DNA of 64,000 nucleotides from a virus (lineage: Duplodnaviria; Caudoviricetes), in IMG/VR virus record IMGVR_UViG_3300044854_000085, positions 20,757-84,756 of that record. One strand, given 5' to 3'. This document shows, in pieces, positions 1 to 9,476 of this stretch; positions within the stretch are counted from its first letter, which is position 1; each line of letters starts with the position of its first letter. Below the pieces are notes generated by a model, which saw nothing but the letters and a program-made list of their open reading frames with translations, was not told where the DNA came from and did no database searches. The position numbers and the translations under genes are program-made.

Positions 1-213
1 CGTCATCGGCTTCGATGGCAGATTGTTTTCCGCGCATTCGTTCGAAATGGCCGTCGCCAAGGCGCGCAATTGGGCGGAACACAACAGCGGATCGAAGCCC
101 ATGAGACGGCCGTAAGAGAGAATGTGTGATCACGTCTGGGGCTACGACTTCCTCGCCAACGTCTACCGCTGCGGTCGCTGCGGCGAGCCCCTGCCGGAAG
201 AATTAGAACGAAC

Positions 214-250
214 TCGAATAATTATTCGATCGCACTCGAATAATTCCGAA
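214..250. promoter_or_regulatory. Palindromic operator-like site upstream of the integrase
   Basis: Perfect 16-bp palindrome TCGAATAATTATTCGA (214-229); CTCGAATAATT occurs twice (213-223, 235-245) in an AT-rich patch. Confidence 0.4.
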
Positions 251-300
251 TCGACCGATCGGACCTGAACAGGCCTAAATAGACCCCAAAGTGGGTCCAT

Positions 301-486
301 ATGGTGCGGTTGACCGAAAGCCGCTGCATCAACTGTGGCGATCGGCACATCGAATCCCTGTCGCCGCAACTGGAGTTTCCGTTCACACGGATGTGCATCT
401 GCGGATGTTCGCTGTTCGAACCTGAGCCGGACCCGCTTCTGAGGACTGATGAGCTGCTACAAACGCGGGAAGTACTACTGGTATGA
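301..486 (+). CDS. Small Cys-rich hypothetical protein
   Basis: 61 aa with CINC and CICGC; overlaps the integrase start. Confidence 0.45.
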   Translation: MVRLTESRCINCGDRHIESLSPQLEFPFTRMCICGCSLFEPEPDPLLRTDELLQTREVLLV

Positions 487-1507
487 CCTCCTCTGGGACG
501 GAAAACGGATCCGTCGATCGACACGTCAAGCCTCCAAACGCGCCGCTGAACAATTAGAAGCCGCACACCGTACGCGCCTGGCATTGGGCGAGGCCGATAT
601 CGCGCCGCGAAAGAAGGTCACGCTCAAAGATTTCTCCGCGCAGTTCAACGACTATGTGAAGGTGCGATCGGCCGAACGGCCGCATACGGTCGCCTTCTAC
701 AAGCGCACGACGTCGAAACTTCTCGAGTACGAGCCCCTCGCTGCGGTCTGGCTCCATGCGATCGATGAAACATTGATTGACGGATACGTCAGTCAACGCC
801 GGGAACAAGTCGCGCCGGCGACGGTCAATCGCGAGCTCGCCACGCTGAAACGCATGCTGCGGCTGGCGATGACGCATTGGAAGCTGCTCGACAAGGTCCC
901 GAAGGTCACGCTGCTCGACGGAGAACGGATTCGCGAATTCATTCTCTCGCCGGAGCTCGAAACCAAGTACCTGGCGGCGGCGCCGCAACCGTTAAAGGAT
1001 GCCGCGGTCGTCATGCTCGACGCAGGCCTGCGCGCCGGCGAGCTGCTCCGTCTGACGATTCACGACATCGAATCCGAACCGAAGCAAGGCGCGAAACTCG
1101 GCTCGATTTGGATCCGGAAGGGGAAATCGAAGAATGCCAAGCGCGTCCTCTCGATGACGGAACGCGTTAATGAAACGTTGGCCAATCGGCCGCTGACCAC
1201 GAGCGTTTACATCTTCCCGGGTAAGAAGCCGGAAACGCCGATATCGATTTCGTGGCTGGAGCGGCAGCACCGCAAGGTGCGCGAGACGCTGAAGCTGCCC
1301 GAAGAGTTTGTCATCCACTCGCTGCGACACACGTTCGGAACCCGCCTGGGTGAGACCGGCGCGGACGCGTTCACAGTCATGAAGGTGATGGGTCACTCCT
1401 CGGTGACGATCTCACAGCGTTACGTGCATCCGACTCCGGACACGATGGAACGGGCGTTCGAGCGCCTGGCTGCGTTGCAGACCGCTAAAGAAAAGAAGGA
1501 AAGTTAA
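449..1507 (+). CDS. int: Tyrosine recombinase / phage integrase
   Basis: N-terminal arm-binding-like segment (YKRGKYYWY..GKRIRRST), catalytic R in AGLRAGE, HSLRHTF box, MGH and the catalytic Tyr in QRYVH. Confidence 0.95.
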   Translation: MSCYKRGKYYWYDLLWDGKRIRRSTRQASKRAAEQLEAAHRTRLALGEADIAPRKKVTLKDFSAQFNDYVKVRSAERPHTVAFYKRTTSKLLEYEPLAAVWLHAIDETLIDGYVSQRREQVAPATVNRELATLKRMLRLAMTHWKLLDKVPKVTLLDGERIREFILSPELETKYLAAAPQPLKDAAVVMLDAGLRAGELLRLTIHDIESEPKQGAKLGSIWIRKGKSKNAKRVLSMTERVNETLANRPLTTSVYIFPGKKPETPISISWLERQHRKVRETLKLPEEFVIHSLRHTFGTRLGETGADAFTVMKVMGHSSVTISQRYVHPTPDTMERAFERLAALQTAKEKKES

Positions 1508-1510
1508 AGC

Positions 1511-1702
1511 GTGAAGTACTTGGAACCGTCGTTTACAGTCGCGGTGACCGACCGCAAGACAGCACCGAAGACGCGCAACTTTCGCGAGCTCCGTGAGGAT
1601 CTCGAACGTCGGCAGCGCGCCAAACGGCCGCACAAATACGTCAACGGCGGCGTGATGTGCCAGATCTGCGGGCTGGATCCCCGCGCTGCGATTCACATCT
1701 AA
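1511..1702 (+). CDS. Hypothetical phage protein
   Basis: 63-aa ORF filling the int-terS gap; C-terminal CQIC...H. Confidence 0.55.
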   Translation: MKYLEPSFTVAVTDRKTAPKTRNFRELREDLERRQRAKRPHKYVNGGVMCQICGLDPRAAIHI

Positions 1703-1715
1703 AATTAAATTCATA

Positions 1716-2171
1716 ATGCCGGAAAGTAATGCAGCGCCGGCGCCACCAGATTTCCTCAGCGCAGAAGCGCAACAAGAATGGGGCCGACTCGCTCCAGGCC
1801 TCTTCGCCTCCGGCATTCTAACCTCCACGGACATCGCGGCATTCGCGGCGTACTGCCAAGCCTGGGCAGACTTCAGTTATGCGCGACGCCAGATCCAGGC
1901 GGAGGGAATGCTCGTGGTCGGCGCCCTGGGAAATGTCATCGTGAATCCGCTACTTTCGGTTCAGAATCGCGCGGCGCATACATTCCACAAGTTTGCGGTC
2001 GAATTCGGAATCACGCCACGATCGCGGTCGAGCCCGTCGAAGAAGAAGCCAAATGCCGAGCCGAATCGGCATATCGAAGCGTCGGCCCCGCGCCAGCCGC
2101 ACACAAATGCCGAGCGGAATCGGCAAATCGAAGCGCCGGTCGACGATCTCGACGCGTTCATGCGCGGCTGA
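1716..2171 (+). CDS. terS: Terminase small subunit, P27 family
   Basis: PAPPDFLSAEAQQEW..L, LTSTD.AAFAAYCQAW, NPLL and EFGITPRSR are typical P27-family TerS motifs. Confidence 0.85.
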   Translation: MPESNAAPAPPDFLSAEAQQEWGRLAPGLFASGILTSTDIAAFAAYCQAWADFSYARRQIQAEGMLVVGALGNVIVNPLLSVQNRAAHTFHKFAVEFGITPRSRSSPSKKKPNAEPNRHIEASAPRQPHTNAERNRQIEAPVDDLDAFMRG

Positions 2172-2172
2172 C

Positions 2173-2679
2173 ATGAGCGAAGAACGAAAGCTGCTGCCCG
2201 CATTCGCCGTCTCGCTGATGCCGGCCAAGCAAGAAGTGTTTCTGGACGCCTATGCCAAACACGGCTGCATCACCGCGGCCGCGAAAGTCGCCGGCATCGA
2301 TCGCAAGACGCATTACAACTGGCTCGGCCCGAAAGATAACCCAACGTCCTACGCGATCCGGTTTAACGAGGCCCGAGATACATTCGCCGATCGCATTCGC
2401 TACGAGATCAAACGGCGCGCGCTGGAAGGCGTCAAAAAGGCCGTCTATTACAAGGGCGAAAAGATCGGCACCGAGGAAGAGCACTCCGACCGGCTGCTGG
2501 AAATGCTTGCCAAAGCGCATTGTCCGGAATACCGCGACAAGGCTGAAGTCACCCACAGCGGTGAGATCACGCACAAAGGGCAAGTCGGCATAACCGGCGG
2601 CGTTCTGCGCGTGGAATTTGTCAGAAGCCCCTTCGAAGACGGATCTACTCCAAAGATTACTGATACCCGAACGCCTTGA
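2173..2679 (+). CDS. Second terminase small subunit-like HTH protein
   Basis: KQEVFLDAYAKHGCITAAAKVAGIDRKTHYNW HTH and YSD/HSDRLLEML-type motif; ATG 2173 follows the upstream stop and the ORF overlaps terL. Confidence 0.7.
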   Translation: MSEERKLLPAFAVSLMPAKQEVFLDAYAKHGCITAAAKVAGIDRKTHYNWLGPKDNPTSYAIRFNEARDTFADRIRYEIKRRALEGVKKAVYYKGEKIGTEEEHSDRLLEMLAKAHCPEYRDKAEVTHSGEITHKGQVGITGGVLRVEFVRSPFEDGSTPKITDTRTP

Positions 2680-3928
2680 ATTCCTTTTCCAGCCCGCGCG
2701 CTTCAAAGCGGTGTGGGGTGGGCGTGGGGGCGGTAAAAGTCACACAATCGCGGCCGCGCTAATCATTGAGGCGTATCGCCGGCCGCTGCGCGTGCTCTGC
2801 GCACGCGAGATCCAGCAATCGATCCGGGACTCGGTAAAACGTCTGCTCGACGACAAGATCGCGGCGGCCGGCATCGGCGACTTCTATCGGTCGACAGATA
2901 CGGAGATCCGCGGGGCCAACGATTCGCTGTTCATTTTCGCGGGCCTGCGGACCAATATTGCGTCGGTCAAATCGCTGGAAGGCATCGACATCGCATGGAT
3001 TGAAGAAGCCAACACGGTGTCTCAGGGAAGTCTCGATGTCCTGATCCCGACCATTCGAAAGCCGGGATCCGAGCTCTGGTTTAGCTGGAACCCGCGGCAC
3101 TCGACCGATCCTGTCGATGCGATGTTTCGCGGCGCCGCTCCGCCGCCGAACACGATCGTCCATGAGATCCAGTGGCGCCACAACCCGTGGTTTCCAAAGG
3201 TGCTCCAGGATGAGATGGAATGGTGCAAGGCGCGCGATCGCGACAAATGGTTGCACGTTTGGGAAGGCGGATATCTCAGAAACTCCGAAGCGCGCGTGTT
3301 CAAGAACTGGCGCATCGGATCCCCGGACGAATTCCCAACGAAGCGCGAAACGCGGTTTTACTACGGCGCCGATTGGGGCTTCTCGACAGACCCGTCGACG
3401 CTGGTGCGCTGCTACATCGAAGGCCGCGTGCTGAAGGTCGACTACGAAGCTTACGGCCACGGCGTCGACATCGATTTCCTGCCGTTCATGTTCGGCGGCT
3501 TCGGCGATCCCGAGCTCAAGAAGCTCAATGAGGAAGCGCACAAGAAACTCTCGAGCGGTTTGCCGCAGTACGGCGGCAAGCTGCCGAACTGGAAAGGCGT
3601 GCCGATGGCGCGCAAATGGCCGATCCGCGCGGATTCGGCCCGGCCCGAAACCATCAAGTACTTGCAGACGCATGGCTTCCCGCGGATGGTGGCGGCCAGC
3701 AAAGGCGCCGGCTCGGTTGAGGACGGCGTGGAGTTTCTCAAAAGCTACGACATCGTGGTGCATCCGCGCTGCATACACACGATTGACGAATTGACGACGT
3801 ATTCCTACAAGACGGATCCGTTGACGGGCCAGGTCCTGCCGATCCTCGAAGACGACAAAAACCATATCATCGACCCGCTGCGATACGCGCTGGAAGACGC
3901 GCGCCGCCCGGGCCTGCAAATCTTTTAA
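2618..3928 (+). CDS. terL: Terminase large subunit, PBSX/XtmB (pac-type) family
   Basis: Walker A WGGRGGGKSH, Walker B WIEEA, SWNP, nuclease motifs GADWGF, ADSARPE and NHIIDPLRYAL. Confidence 0.95.
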   Translation: MSEAPSKTDLLQRLLIPERLEFLFQPARFKAVWGGRGGGKSHTIAAALIIEAYRRPLRVLCAREIQQSIRDSVKRLLDDKIAAAGIGDFYRSTDTEIRGANDSLFIFAGLRTNIASVKSLEGIDIAWIEEANTVSQGSLDVLIPTIRKPGSELWFSWNPRHSTDPVDAMFRGAAPPPNTIVHEIQWRHNPWFPKVLQDEMEWCKARDRDKWLHVWEGGYLRNSEARVFKNWRIGSPDEFPTKRETRFYYGADWGFSTDPSTLVRCYIEGRVLKVDYEAYGHGVDIDFLPFMFGGFGDPELKKLNEEAHKKLSSGLPQYGGKLPNWKGVPMARKWPIRADSARPETIKYLQTHGFPRMVAASKGAGSVEDGVEFLKSYDIVVHPRCIHTIDELTTYSYKTDPLTGQVLPILEDDKNHIIDPLRYALEDARRPGLQIF

Positions 3929-6183
3929 TGAAATTCTCACACCGTTTCGCACGTTGGGTATTACGGCGCGCCGCCGAACTCCCTCTTCCCATGCAAGCCC
4001 GCGAAGGCTTCCTGCTCAACGTCGGCGCCGGCAATGATTTAGAACTACGCCCGGTCAAAACGAAGTCCGACCAGCTCGACTCCTATGCGGGTTGGGTATA
4101 TGCATGCGCGTCGACGATCGCCTCCGATCTCCGCGCCAATCCATGGGCCGTCTGGAAGAAGACCGGCAAGCGCCGCGAAGACTGGGAGGAAGCCGACAAG
4201 GCCTCGCTGCCATCGCTATTCAGCCGCCCCAACAGCACGCAGACCTGGGGACAATTCATTGAACTCCGGAACCTGCACAAGGATCTGTGCGGCGAAGCGT
4301 ACTGGCATCTGATCTGTTCCAAACCCGGCGGCGCCGTCGTCGGCATCCAGCTCATTCAACCCGACTATGTCGAACAGCCAGTCCTTGACGGCCCACGCAT
4401 CGTCGGGTGGAGAGTGAGCATCGGGGGACGCAGCGCCACCACGATCGATGCGCAGGACATCATTCCGGACTTCTATCCGCATCCGGCCGATCCGCTGCGC
4501 GGCGCTTCCCCGGTTGAAGCGTTCGCACTGTCGCATCATCTGGATCTCTATATGCGCGCGTACGGCGTGAAGATGGTTCGCGACGGGTCCTCGATTGCTC
4601 AATATCTCAAAACCGAACAAGAACTGACTCCCGAACAAGCCGAAGCGTCAGCCGAACAGGTGACTGCGCGCGGCCGCCGGATCGGCCGGCTTCACGTTTT
4701 CGGCAAAGGCGTATCGGTTGAAACGCCGGGCCTGCCGTTCAAGGAGTTGGAGTTGCTGGACACACTGAAGCCGTCGCAGCAACAAATCATGGGCATCTAC
4801 AAGGTGCCCGCCTCGAAGCTCGGCATTGTCGAAGACAGCAACCGCGCCAACATGGAAGCGGCCTCCTACAACTACAACCTGAATGCGCTGTGGCCGCGGC
4901 TGATGACGTTCGATGAAATCATGAATTTGATTCTGATGCCGCGCGTATTCGGTAAAGCGGCCTCCGGTTTGGCGTATGAATCCGAGAGTCCGGTCAAAGA
5001 GGATGAGCAGCAAATCTTCGATCGCGCGCTGAAAAAGTTTAATGCGGGACTGATCAAGGTCAATCAGGCGTTACACGAAGTCGGCGCCGACGATCAGGGC
5101 GAAGAAGGCAACGTCTACTTCATTCCGTCGACCGTGACGATCGTCAAGAACCTGGAACCGACGCCGCCGAAGCCGGAACCCACAGTCTCGCCAATCGCCC
5201 CCAACAATGAAAGCGGCGGGCAATCGCCCGCCGCTCCCACCCCGCAAACAAACCAACCGAAACAGGCCAATCCTATCGAAGAGGCCACAAAGAAGATAGC
5301 CGCGGCCGCTCAAGTGACCGCCGATGCGGGCATGCGCCTGGCGCTCGACGCCAACAAGCGCGAGATGGCGGTCATGCGGAGGCAATTGGCCGAAGAACGC
5401 TACCTGCGCATGCAGGAGCAGCTCGAAGCGCGCGCCAAATCGAAGTTGCGGGCGCAGTTCTCGCGCGACCTGAAGGAAACCAAGCGGCTGCTCGATGAAC
5501 ATTTCGCCGGCACGCGCATCATGCGTCCTCCGGCAGGATTCCCGGAACAACTCATGGTTCTGGATATGGGAACGCGGAACTGGATCGACGACGCCGCCAA
5601 AGCGAACCACGATGAATGGCTCGATCTGCTGCGCGAGATCACATTGGACGGCGCGCGCGCGGGCACGGAACTGCTCAAACAGGAAGTCGCCGGCGGAATC
5701 TCCTTCAACGTGTTCCAACAGAAGGCCGCCGAATTCGCTGCACGGCACGCGGCCGAAAAAATCAGCGGCATTCAGATCACGACGGAAAGAGCCGTCCGCC
5801 AATTGATCACGCGCGCGGTGGAAGACGGCTCGAGCCTGGCGGACACATCGAAGGGTTTGGCCGAGCTCTACGACGAATTCAAAGGCAGCCGCGCGGAAAC
5901 GATCGCGCGCACCGAAACATCAACCGCCGTCAGTTGGGGCAAGTATCAAGCGGCGCGAACCAGCGCCGCGAACCTGGGCTTAACGCTAGAGCGCCAATGG
6001 GTTGCCACGCGAGACGATCGAACACGCGATACGCACGCTGAGGCCGACGGTCAGACGATCGCTTTGAACGACACGTATGTCGTCGGCGGCGCGAACCTGA
6101 GACAACCGTCCGATCCCAACGGGCCGGCTGAAGAAACAATCAACTGCCGGTGTACGGAAACGTACATCGACGTTTCGGACTAG
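3928..6183 (+). CDS. Portal protein fused to a Mu gpF/SPP1 gp7-like head morphogenesis domain
   Basis: HK97-like portal N-terminus (WVYACASTIA, GEAYW, YKVPASKLG), Pro/Thr-rich linker, C-terminal RAETIARTET..QWVATRDDRTRDTH..PAEETINCRC. Confidence 0.85.
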   Translation: MKFSHRFARWVLRRAAELPLPMQAREGFLLNVGAGNDLELRPVKTKSDQLDSYAGWVYACASTIASDLRANPWAVWKKTGKRREDWEEADKASLPSLFSRPNSTQTWGQFIELRNLHKDLCGEAYWHLICSKPGGAVVGIQLIQPDYVEQPVLDGPRIVGWRVSIGGRSATTIDAQDIIPDFYPHPADPLRGASPVEAFALSHHLDLYMRAYGVKMVRDGSSIAQYLKTEQELTPEQAEASAEQVTARGRRIGRLHVFGKGVSVETPGLPFKELELLDTLKPSQQQIMGIYKVPASKLGIVEDSNRANMEAASYNYNLNALWPRLMTFDEIMNLILMPRVFGKAASGLAYESESPVKEDEQQIFDRALKKFNAGLIKVNQALHEVGADDQGEEGNVYFIPSTVTIVKNLEPTPPKPEPTVSPIAPNNESGGQSPAAPTPQTNQPKQANPIEEATKKIAAAAQVTADAGMRLALDANKREMAVMRRQLAEERYLRMQEQLEARAKSKLRAQFSRDLKETKRLLDEHFAGTRIMRPPAGFPEQLMVLDMGTRNWIDDAAKANHDEWLDLLREITLDGARAGTELLKQEVAGGISFNVFQQKAAEFAARHAAEKISGIQITTERAVRQLITRAVEDGSSLADTSKGLAELYDEFKGSRAETIARTETSTAVSWGKYQAARTSAANLGLTLERQWVATRDDRTRDTHAEADGQTIALNDTYVVGGANLRQPSDPNGPAEETINCRCTETYIDVSD

Positions 6184-6218
6184 AATCCGAATCACCATAA
6201 CAACTTTTGCGAAATGAC

Positions 6219-6249
6219 AGGCCCGCCTCCCCGGCGGGCCTTTTCTTTT
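6219..6249 (+). terminator. Rho-independent terminator after the portal gene
   Basis: Stem GGCCCGCC/GGCGGGCC followed by TTTTCTTTT. Confidence 0.7.
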
Positions 6250-6907
6250 GGAGCTGATTTTCATGGATGAAAAACTCTGTATGCGCGGCGCTTTCTTAAG
6301 CGCCGACGACACATCGCGCGTGATTACCTTCCGCGCATCCTCCGCCGCAGTCGACCGCCACGGCACCCGCATCGATCCCACTGGCATCGACACCGACAAC
6401 TACAACCAGAATCCCGTGTTCTGTTGGGCGCATGACGCCTACCCCTCCATGTTCGGCGTGCCGAAGATGGAACACGTGCTGGGCCGTGTTGTCGCGACGC
6501 GAGCATCGAATGATGCCTTCGACATCGATGTCGAATTCGCGACCGCCGACGTGAATCCGCTCGCCGACCAGGCCTTGAAGATGGTCAAGGCGCGGTTCCT
6601 CAATGCCGTGAGCATCGGCTTCCGGATCATCGACGCGCACGTGAGCGTGGTTGACGGCGAAGAGATCCCGATGATCACCAAGTGCGAGCTGCTGGAAATC
6701 TCGCTCGTGGCCGTGCCGTCGAATCCCGAGGCGCTGGCTTTATCGCGGGCCAAAGAAAAAACGAAATCGAGCGTTCCCCCTGTGGAACGCCAACAATCTT
6801 CAACGCCTCCCTCCCAAGAGGCAGACTTCGGCGTTGTGATCCACGCGCTCCAACGCGCGTTCACCGACTGGCAGATCCAGAAAGCTTTTGAATCTGCCCT
6901 CAATTAG
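6248..6907 (+). CDS. HK97-type prohead protease (real start probably 6265 or 6281)
   Basis: VDRHG, NPVFCWAH (His), AVSIGF (Ser), LLEISLVAVPSNPEA. Confidence 0.9.
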   Translation: MELIFMDEKLCMRGAFLSADDTSRVITFRASSAAVDRHGTRIDPTGIDTDNYNQNPVFCWAHDAYPSMFGVPKMEHVLGRVVATRASNDAFDIDVEFATADVNPLADQALKMVKARFLNAVSIGFRIIDAHVSVVDGEEIPMITKCELLEISLVAVPSNPEALALSRAKEKTKSSVPPVERQQSSTPPSQEADFGVVIHALQRAFTDWQIQKAFESALN

Positions 6908-6955
6908 CAAACAGACCGATCCCCAAATCCCAAAACACAACTCGGAGTAAAGAAA

Positions 6956-8272
6956 ATGGAAACCCAGAATACGGATTTCGCCGCCGTCGTGCGCGCCGAA
7001 ATCAAACAGGTCGAAGAGACCTTGAAATCCCACGTGTCCGGCCAGGTTGCCGAACAGTTCCGCACGGTTCAGGCCGACATGGCCGCGATCCGCGAAGACC
7101 TGAAGACACGCGCGTTGGCCGGCGAATCGCCGAAAGCCGAAAGCGTGAAGGAACTCGAAACGCGGTTGGCCGCGGCCGAGACTTCCGTTCGCGAAATGGT
7201 TGAAGCTGCGAAAACAGCGACGACCAAAGTCACGTCGATGAATGAAGAGGAGCGCGATGCGAAACTCTTCACGGGCGCTTTCATCGCCAATCAGGAGGAG
7301 CTGCGAAGCCGCCTGTATCAGTTGCGCCAGTTCGGAAGCGACAGCACGCGCGCTATCGACGCGTCGCTGTTTGCGACCGGCGGCAAGCTGAGCCCCGAGA
7401 CCGCGGACCGATTCATCGATTGGGTCATTCAGAAGCAAGCGGCTCTTTCGAGAATCACCACGCGCCGGATGCTGGCTCCCCAGGGCCACATCGATGAGCT
7501 GACGGTGTCCCGCCGCAGCATGCGCAAAGCCGTCGACGGCGAAGCGCCAACGGTTGCCGATGCCATCGGCACCAAGCGCCGGACGTTGACGACAGTCGAA
7601 GTCATCTGGGCGGAAGACATCACACTGACGTTCCTCGAAGACAACATCGAGCGACGCGGTGCGGAAGCCCACATCGCCCGGCTGATCGCGACGCAGTTCG
7701 GCAACGACGCCAACGATCTGGGCTGGAACGGCGACGACAGCGAAGATTCCAGCGGCGGCGATCCGTTCCGCTCCATCAACCAGGGATGGATCCGGTTGGC
7801 GCAAGACGACAACCAGGTCAACGACGTCGACGCGTCGGACAACTCCGGCGACGATGCCACCTGCTCGGGCGTCCTCGGCGAAGCGATGCGCAGCCTTCCC
7901 GTCGAATACCTCGGCCTGGGCGACCTCGGCTACTTCATGCCGTTGCCGTTCTGCCAACGCTATGCGGAGGAATTGTCTCAGCGCAAGACGCCGCTCGGCG
8001 ACCAGGTAATGGTCAACGGTTTCCCCGTGCTCCGATATTTCGGATTGCCCGTGATTCCGGAAGTCCACCTGTACGAATTCACCCAGGACAAGGGCATGCT
8101 GACCCCGCTCAGCAACCTCGTGTTCGGCGTGCAGCGCGTCGTGACGGTTGATGCGGAATGGCGGCCTCGCAAGCGCGCGGTGGAATACACCGTGACGGCG
8201 AGAATCGACTACGAGTACTCGACTGGCAAAGCCATCGCGCTCGTGTCCGGTATCCCGGCCTTCCTGCGGTAG
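6956..8272 (+). CDS. Major capsid protein (HK97 fold) with N-terminal coiled-coil scaffold segment
   Basis: Follows the protease; coiled-coil N-terminus; GGKLSPETADRFI, LEDNIE and EYTVTARIDY; strong RBS; terminator downstream. Confidence 0.85.
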   Translation: METQNTDFAAVVRAEIKQVEETLKSHVSGQVAEQFRTVQADMAAIREDLKTRALAGESPKAESVKELETRLAAAETSVREMVEAAKTATTKVTSMNEEERDAKLFTGAFIANQEELRSRLYQLRQFGSDSTRAIDASLFATGGKLSPETADRFIDWVIQKQAALSRITTRRMLAPQGHIDELTVSRRSMRKAVDGEAPTVADAIGTKRRTLTTVEVIWAEDITLTFLEDNIERRGAEAHIARLIATQFGNDANDLGWNGDDSEDSSGGDPFRSINQGWIRLAQDDNQVNDVDASDNSGDDATCSGVLGEAMRSLPVEYLGLGDLGYFMPLPFCQRYAEELSQRKTPLGDQVMVNGFPVLRYFGLPVIPEVHLYEFTQDKGMLTPLSNLVFGVQRVVTVDAEWRPRKRAVEYTVTARIDYEYSTGKAIALVSGIPAFLR

Positions 8273-8316
8273 TCGCAATTCATGACGGCGTTGGCTCCCC
8301 CGTGCCGTCATCCTCC

Positions 8317-8349
8317 CCGGGCCCGGGTTTACCGGGCCCGGCCTTTTTT
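8317..8349 (+). terminator. Rho-independent terminator after the capsid gene
   Basis: CCGGGCCCGG-GTTTA-CCGGGCCCGG followed by a T run. Confidence 0.75.
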
Positions 8350-8365
8350 CACCAGCTTCTCAGAA

Positions 8366-8386
8366 GTAGGAGAAGCGTTCTCCTAC
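8366..8386. repeat. Dispersed motif, inverted pair GTAGGAGAA-GCG-TTCTCCTAC
   Basis: Read directly; the same half-site recurs near 15.4, 17.3, 24.1, 30.2 and 46.9 kb. Confidence 0.8.
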
Positions 8387-8457
8387 CGCTTCTCACACCG
8401 GCCAATGGGTCGGAGTGGGACGGATAGGGATGAATCGGGACAGATAGGGCTTTACAC

Positions 8458-8739
8458 ATGAACGATGCAATTCCTGTAGTGACTGCGGCGGTCGACAAAG
8501 CCGAAGTCGCTTTACCGAACTTCTCACGGGCCGCGCGCGTCTGGTCGACAGCCGATTGGGCACGGTTCAAAACCTCCGATGGCAAAAAGTACGTAACGAT
8601 CGAGAACAAGAACGGCGGCATTGTGTCGCGATCGATCCGCTTACTGGAACCAGACACGCGATCGGTTAAACAACGCAAGCGCGATCGGCGCGCAGCGCGC
8701 GAGCTTGGCGCTATCGCCGCGAAGGCGCAGACGGCATGA
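8458..8739 (+). CDS. Hypothetical protein in the head module
   Basis: 93 aa; ATGA overlap with the next gene. Confidence 0.65.
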   Translation: MNDAIPVVTAAVDKAEVALPNFSRAARVWSTADWARFKTSDGKKYVTIENKNGGIVSRSIRLLEPDTRSVKQRKRDRRAARELGAIAAKAQTA

Positions 8740-9317
8740 AACGCCTGATCACCATCGGCGATGTCTGCACGTATTTGAAGATCGCCGCCACACCCGACGT
8801 GGAGCCGGCAATCGATACGGCGCACGCGCTGGTTGCCGCGCATCTGCTGGTGCAGTCCCTCGATCGAGCGGTACGCACCGAGAAACACAAGCCGACGTGG
8901 GACACCCGGCTGATCGTGACGCGCAGCGGGCCCATCGCCACATTCACATCCGCGAAACTGAACGGCGTGGCCATCAGCGAGGACAACTATCTGTCCCGCT
9001 TCTGGACGATCGAAAACATTGGCGATGAGCCGTGGGTCCGCGGCGATGTGCTCGAACTGGAATTCACCACCGGCTTCGGGAAGCTGGAATCCTCCGCCGG
9101 CGACGACGTCTATTTGCCGTTCAACGTGAAGCGCGCGCTGATCATCACCGCGGCCGTGCTGCACAAGCGCAACTCAACGAACGTGGATCCGACCGTCACG
9201 TCCGAACGTATCGGCGATTACTCCTACACCCGCAGCGATCGAAACTCAGATGAACACGGCGACATCCCCCAGGCCGCCGCGGACCTTTTACTTGAGTACA
9301 GAAAGCCGAGGATATGA
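8736..9317 (+). CDS. Head-tail adaptor (gp6/gp15-like connector)
   Basis: Position; LITIGDVCTYLKI N-terminus, LPFNVKRALI, SERIGDYSYT, LLLEYRKPRI. Confidence 0.8.
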   Translation: MKRLITIGDVCTYLKIAATPDVEPAIDTAHALVAAHLLVQSLDRAVRTEKHKPTWDTRLIVTRSGPIATFTSAKLNGVAISEDNYLSRFWTIENIGDEPWVRGDVLELEFTTGFGKLESSAGDDVYLPFNVKRALIITAAVLHKRNSTNVDPTVTSERIGDYSYTRSDRNSDEHGDIPQAAADLLLEYRKPRI

Positions 9318-9469
9318 GCGACAGAGAAATCGCCGCCCTCGGTACTGCATTCGGCGCAGGACTGATGCTGCTGTGTTTCGGTTTGTGGTCTCACAGTGAG
9401 CAGATGCTCGCTTGGGGAGGCTTTGCATCCGCTATCGCCGGCTTTCTCTTATTTCTCGAACTGACGTAG
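9314..9469 (+). CDS. Small two-helix membrane protein
   Basis: My translation (not in the ORF track): MSDREIAALGTAFGAGLMLLCFGLWSHSEQMLAWGGFASAIAGFLLFLELT; ATGA overlap upstream. Confidence 0.55.
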   Translation: MSDREIAALGTAFGAGLMLLCFGLWSHSEQMLAWGGFASAIAGFLLFLELT

Positions 9470-9476
9470 TGCAGCA

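Noticed and set aside
214-250. XerCD dif site
   Set aside because: The palindrome does not match the 11-6-11 dif layout.
6800-8311. 503-aa minus-strand ORF, and similar ones at 2759-3952 and 20265-21908
   Set aside because: Antisense shadows of the capsid, TerL and tape measure genes.
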